Below are positions 61,163 through 64,000 of a DNA stretch of 64,000 nt, piece after piece. The first letter of the stretch is position 1; each line of letters starts with the position of its first letter. The notes under the pieces were generated by a model that saw nothing but the letters and a program-made list of their open reading frames with translations, was not told the origin of the DNA and searched no databases. The translations under genes and the position numbers were made by a program. The stretch lies in IMG/VR virus record IMGVR_UViG_3300043418_000114, positions 300,248 through 364,247 of that record; one strand, written 5' to 3'.

Positions 61163-61729
61163 ATGCGCTTTAGTGAAATACTATCAGAATTGCGTGGCAT
61201 CAAAGGCGATGTAGCTCACCTTGAACCCGATGCAGGACATGAGTCCTGGGAAGAACTATTATCACAGCATGGATTTCAGCCAATTGGCAGAGGCTATCAT
61301 GGTCAAGTCTATCGTAATCCAAAGTTACCATATGTACTGAAAGTCTTTACTAAGCAAGACGTTGCATATCAGCAATGGGTAAAAGATTGCAAGGGACCAC
61401 TACTTGGTAATCCTTATGTTCCAGTGTTTCGTGGTGATGTAACGAGACTAACACCTGATGCAGTGGCCATTCGTATGGAAACACTTGAACCAGCATCACT
61501 CAAGCAACTTGAACTTGCTAGACAAATTCAAAGTATGCTATTGAGTAGCAGACGAGAAAAACGTGATTGGACGACATATTCATTGGCCAAAGAAATGGAT
61601 GATAGTCTATTTGAGGCAGTTAGTTACATCCAGTCAGAAGCTACCAAACACAATTACATGTTAGACATGCGTGGCGCAAACGTCATGCAACGGTCAGGTC
61701 AGCTGGTAATTATTGACCCATTAGCTTGA
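61163..61729 (+). CDS. Minimal protein-kinase-like (PKL-fold) protein
   Basis: IGRGYHGQVY Gly-loop, YVLKV lysine, DMRGANVM catalytic loop and IIDP (DFG-equivalent). Confidence 0.7.
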   Translation: MRFSEILSELRGIKGDVAHLEPDAGHESWEELLSQHGFQPIGRGYHGQVYRNPKLPYVLKVFTKQDVAYQQWVKDCKGPLLGNPYVPVFRGDVTRLTPDAVAIRMETLEPASLKQLELARQIQSMLLSSRREKRDWTTYSLAKEMDDSLFEAVSYIQSEATKHNYMLDMRGANVMQRSGQLVIIDPLA

Positions 61730-61754
61730 CTTTTAAAATAAAAAGATATATACT
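61726..61754 (+). promoter_or_regulatory. Sigma70-type promoter of the tmRNA gene
   Basis: TTGACT (61726-61731), 17-nt spacer, TATACT (61749-61754); predicted start near 61761. Confidence 0.8.
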
Positions 61755-61760
61755 ATTGAG

Positions 61761-61825
61761 AACAGCGTAAACTGTTATTAAGAAAAGTGTTCTGGGCGCG
61801 GGTTCGACTCCCGCCAGGTCCACCA
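61761..61825 (+). ncRNA. ssrA: Two-piece (permuted) tmRNA, acceptor piece
   Basis: GCGGG-TTCGACT-CCCGC T-arm followed by CAGGTCC-ACCA; TGTTCT pairs with AGGGCA of the coding piece; the 5' end is inferred from the promoter. Confidence 0.88.
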
Positions 61826-61837
61826 TAAGGAAGTTTA

Positions 61838-62044
61838 ATGAGTCGTAGTAGTCCGTGGTTAAGTAAAGATAGTCCAAAAACTCTCAAGGAGTTTTGGATT
61901 GAACTACACCCAGATTGGGTAGAGATTGATGGTCAGAACTTAACTGAGGATAGATGGAACGACATTAAACCAGAGACAATGGTTGCCATGAAGCGAGAAT
62001 ATGTTAAGTGTTCTGAACTTCTTGGTTGGCAAGTTTCTTTATGA
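61838..62044 (+). CDS. 68-aa hypothetical protein encoded inside the tmRNA intervening segment
   Basis: TAAGGA SD immediately after the CCA with a 6-nt spacer; the ORF spans 207 of the 220 intervening nt; its stop ends one nt before tmRNA G1. Confidence 0.6.
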   Translation: MSRSSPWLSKDSPKTLKEFWIELHPDWVEIDGQNLTEDRWNDIKPETMVAMKREYVKCSELLGWQVSL

Positions 62045-62045
62045 T

Positions 62046-62226
62046 GGGCCTGCCATGGTTTCGACAGGGCAAAGAGTAGGGATAATGGCGCTCGGCAAGG
62101 TAGAAGCCGTAGGATTGGGGGAACCCGGTCGAAGACAACAAAAAACTTAAATGCAAACGATTCCGTTTTCGCATTAGCGGCCTGATAACCGCTTAGGGTA
62201 AGACATACCTCGTAACAGAAACTCAG
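62046..62226 (+). ncRNA. ssrA: Two-piece (permuted) tmRNA, coding piece; tag (A)ANDSVFALAA at 62153-62185
   Basis: GGGCCTG pairs with CAGGTCC, giving the G3-U70 alanine determinant; GGTTTCGAC D-loop motif; TTAAAT-GCA resume context; tag ends in ALAA then TGA TAA; the 3' end is approximate. Confidence 0.92.
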
Positions 62227-62251
62227 AACCCGCTTCGGCGGGTTTTCTTTT
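62227..62251 (+). terminator. Rho-independent terminator after the tmRNA
   Basis: AACCCGC-TTCG-GCGGGTT followed by TTCTTTT. Confidence 0.9.
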
Positions 62252-62298
62252 GTCAACGTAACGTAAGGCTGATACGTTGTATATGTATAGGAGCTAAT

Positions 62299-62445
62299 AT
62301 GCTAAACACACTATGCAATCAAGAGAAGCCAGGTAAAAACGAGAAAAATTACTTTTTCTCCGAGCGTTTTCACTATAATAAAAACCCAGAATGTGATAAG
62401 AAACGCACTACCCCATATCGAACTTCACCGATTAACTTGAAGTAA
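62299..62445 (+). CDS. Possible 48-aa hypothetical protein, absent from the ORF track
   Basis: AGGAG SD at 62289-62293 and ATG 62299 (MLNTLCNQEKPG...PINLK); no other support. Confidence 0.35.
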   Translation: MLNTLCNQEKPGKNEKNYFFSERFHYNKNPECDKKRTTPYRTSPINLK

Positions 62446-62540
62446 ACTACTACTTTCTTCATAATAGAAAAAGATTCGTGATACATGTCACAGTCTAAAT
62501 AAAAATCTATACTCGAAAGAGTTTAACAAAAGGAAATTAA

Positions 62541-63092
62541 ATGAAGAAAATTTTAGCAATCTTGGCTCTTGCCACATTCGGTTCTGCTTTCGCCGCAGAT
62601 TTTGTCGCTGTTGACGTTGACAATGTTCAAGGTCGTAAAGGCGCATCTGACAGCACAGCACAATATGTTCGTGCAGGCAAAGGCTTCGGAGACTATCAAT
62701 TCAACTTGCAATCACGCACTGCTACTGTTACCGGTGGTGGTTTGTTGAATAGCATGGAAGTCACAGCCGCTAAGAACTCTGTTAACGTTGCGGGTATCAC
62801 TCCATTCGTTGGTGTTGGTCATGACAACGGTTTCAACGGCGCTCGTAGTGCAGGTTACAATTATGGCCTAGTTGGTGCAACTTATGGTCGCCCAGTTGGT
62901 CCAGGCTTCTTGTTGCTAGGTGCAAAAACCCGTGTTGGTTCTACTGAATCAGTTAACACAAAGCAGACTGTTAGTTTCGCTACTTACAGCGTACCAGTCG
63001 CAAAGAATGTTTCTGTGAATTTGAATGCTAGCCGTTCAGCACAGGATATCAAGGAAAAGGCTTTCGGTCTTGGCTTGACATTCGGTTTCTAA
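62541..63092 (+). CDS. Outer-membrane beta-barrel protein (small porin-like)
   Basis: Sec signal peptide MKKILAILALATFGSAFA; alternating amphipathic strands; C-terminal beta-signal FGLGLTFGF ending in Phe; AAGGA RBS; TAAATA box at 62496. Confidence 0.8.
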   Translation: MKKILAILALATFGSAFAADFVAVDVDNVQGRKGASDSTAQYVRAGKGFGDYQFNLQSRTATVTGGGLLNSMEVTAAKNSVNVAGITPFVGVGHDNGFNGARSAGYNYGLVGATYGRPVGPGFLLLGAKTRVGSTESVNTKQTVSFATYSVPVAKNVSVNLNASRSAQDIKEKAFGLGLTFGF

Positions 63093-63112
63093 TCAATTCA
63101 TTTGATTTAACC

Positions 63113-63140
63113 AAAGGCTCTTTACAGAGCCTTTTCTTTT
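63113..63140 (+). terminator. Rho-independent terminator after the OMP gene
   Basis: AAAGGCTCT-TTAC-AGAGCCTTT followed by TCTTTT. Confidence 0.8.
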
Positions 63141-63149
63141 GTCTATAAT
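63121..63149 (+). promoter_or_regulatory. Sigma70/early-type promoter for the tRNA, overlapping the terminator
   Basis: TTTACA (63121-63126), 17-nt spacer, TATAAT (63144-63149); the tRNA starts at 63161. Confidence 0.7.
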
Positions 63150-63160
63150 AAATGCATATT

Positions 63161-63235
63161 GCGCTAGAGGCTAATTGGTATAGCAAGGGTCTCTAAAGCC
63201 TGAGAGAGTCGGTTCGATTCCGGCCTAGCGCACCA
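63161..63235 (+). tRNA. tRNA with CUA anticodon (amber suppressor); amino acid identity unknown
   Basis: Acceptor GCGCTAG/CTAGCGC plus ACCA; D-arm GCTA/TAGC; anticodon loop CT-CTA-AA (anticodon 63193-63195); T-arm GTCGG-TTCGATT-CCGGC. The anticodon stem is weak. Confidence 0.8.
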
Positions 63236-63261
63236 TCTTTAACTTAACGTCAGGTAGTATT

Positions 63262-63477
63262 ATGACAATTGAATCAGCATCTAATTTTTTCATCGGTAGT
63301 ATTTTGTATATGTTAGCAATCGTGGTGATTGTTGCAGGTATCACATTCATTAATAACATCTTGAGCAAGTACTGGAAACCCGTAAAGATTTGGTTGCCTC
63401 ATTATTTCAATGAGCCACAGCGATTCGCAACACAAGAAGAAATGGCAAAGATTGCCCCGACTCTGGACAAAAAATGA
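63262..63477 (+). CDS. Small membrane protein
   Basis: One hydrophobic helix (FFIGSILYMLAIVVIVAGITFI); AGGT RBS. Confidence 0.65.
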   Translation: MTIESASNFFIGSILYMLAIVVIVAGITFINNILSKYWKPVKIWLPHYFNEPQRFATQEEMAKIAPTLDKK

Positions 63478-63752
63478 AAACTTGGTTCTTGCCACCGCCA
63501 TACTCACAAGATGATGTTGAATGGATCAACAACTCTGGTCTAGACTATGATCTTGAGACACCGTATGAAGCGGGTGATAGTGGGTGGTGCGACTATGACA
63601 CTGGTCATCAGATACTAACTAATCAACACAAAATCTACTTGAACACACATACCGATAAAGAAGAAACATGGTTATTGCTCAAGTATGACAACCGAGTTAC
63701 TCTGAGATATCAGAGTCTAACCGACAAAGAATTAGAAAAAGTAAACTTCTAA
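63474..63752 (+). CDS. Hypothetical protein
   Basis: 92 aa; ATGA overlap with the upstream gene. Confidence 0.65.
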   Translation: MKTWFLPPPYSQDDVEWINNSGLDYDLETPYEAGDSGWCDYDTGHQILTNQHKIYLNTHTDKEETWLLLKYDNRVTLRYQSLTDKELEKVNF

Positions 63753-63785
63753 TAAATACATATGACACAACACAAGGAGATAAAA

Positions 63786-64000
63786 ATGTCAAACGAAAAA
63801 ATCCCACGTATCTAGATTGAATACGCATGTAAAGACGTAGTGTTCCACTTTAACAAGGCACACCTCGCAGATCAGACCATTCCAATGTGGGTCTTAAAAT
63901 CACATGGAGAAACCTTTTATGTTAATCATGTGGAATGCAATGTTCCATGGAGTACGAAAGAGACACCAGATAACCCAAGTACAAAAGGTAGCATCAAAGT
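63786..64000 (+). CDS. Hypothetical protein interrupted by an in-frame TAG at codon 10; runs off the window end
   Basis: ATAAATA box at 63752-63758, AAGGAGA SD, ATG 63786; reads MSNEKIPRI-TAG(63813-63815)-IEYACKDVVFHFNKAHLADQTIPMWVLKSHGETFYVNHVECNVPWSTKETPDNPSTKGSIK, open to the edge. Confidence 0.65.

Noticed and set aside
61796-61825. The isolated T-arm/CCA fragment as an attachment-site duplication or tRNA remnant
   Set aside because: It pairs exactly with the downstream GGGCCTG half, has its own promoter, and no integrase is present, so it is the tmRNA acceptor piece.
61933-62256. 107-aa minus-strand ORF
   Set aside because: It is antisense to the tmRNA coding piece and terminator, which explain the sequence better.
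63161-63235. Reading the tRNA as tRNA-Pyl or tRNA-Arg(UCU)
   Set aside because: It has a canonical TTCGA T-loop and D-loop GG, unlike tRNA-Pyl, and no pyl genes are seen. A UCU register lacks U33 and a pairable stem.

Overview
The window is a gene-dense, almost entirely + strand segment (roughly 40% GC by eye) of a large T4-related or jumbo myophage genome; T4-type late promoter boxes (TAAATA) recur before genes. It has three parts. (1) About 1-32.3 kb is a contractile-tail baseplate module: gp53-, hub-, gp5/VgrG-, gp25- and gp6-like genes, a 6067-aa multi-repeat structural protein and a chaperone-bearing fibre. (2) About 32.3-61.1 kb is a translationally coupled cluster of about 25 genes for glycan or small-molecule tailoring. 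It holds GT-A-like proteins, seven radical SAM enzymes (two B12-type), a GDP-mannose epimerase-like SDR, an NDP-sugar dehydrogenase, a short DegT aminotransferase, an amidinotransferase, a 2OG-Fe(II)-like fusion, a carbamoyltransferase and four SGNH-like proteins. (3) About 61.1-64 kb is a translation- and host-interaction island. It carries a kinase-like gene and a circularly permuted (two-piece) tmRNA whose 220-nt intervening segment is filled by a 68-aa ORF. It also carries an outer-membrane beta-barrel gene, an amber-suppressor tRNA(CUA), and a nearby gene interrupted by an in-frame TAG, although none of the 43 complete-ended genes I call stops on TAG. Functional calls come from motifs and synteny only; no searches were run.
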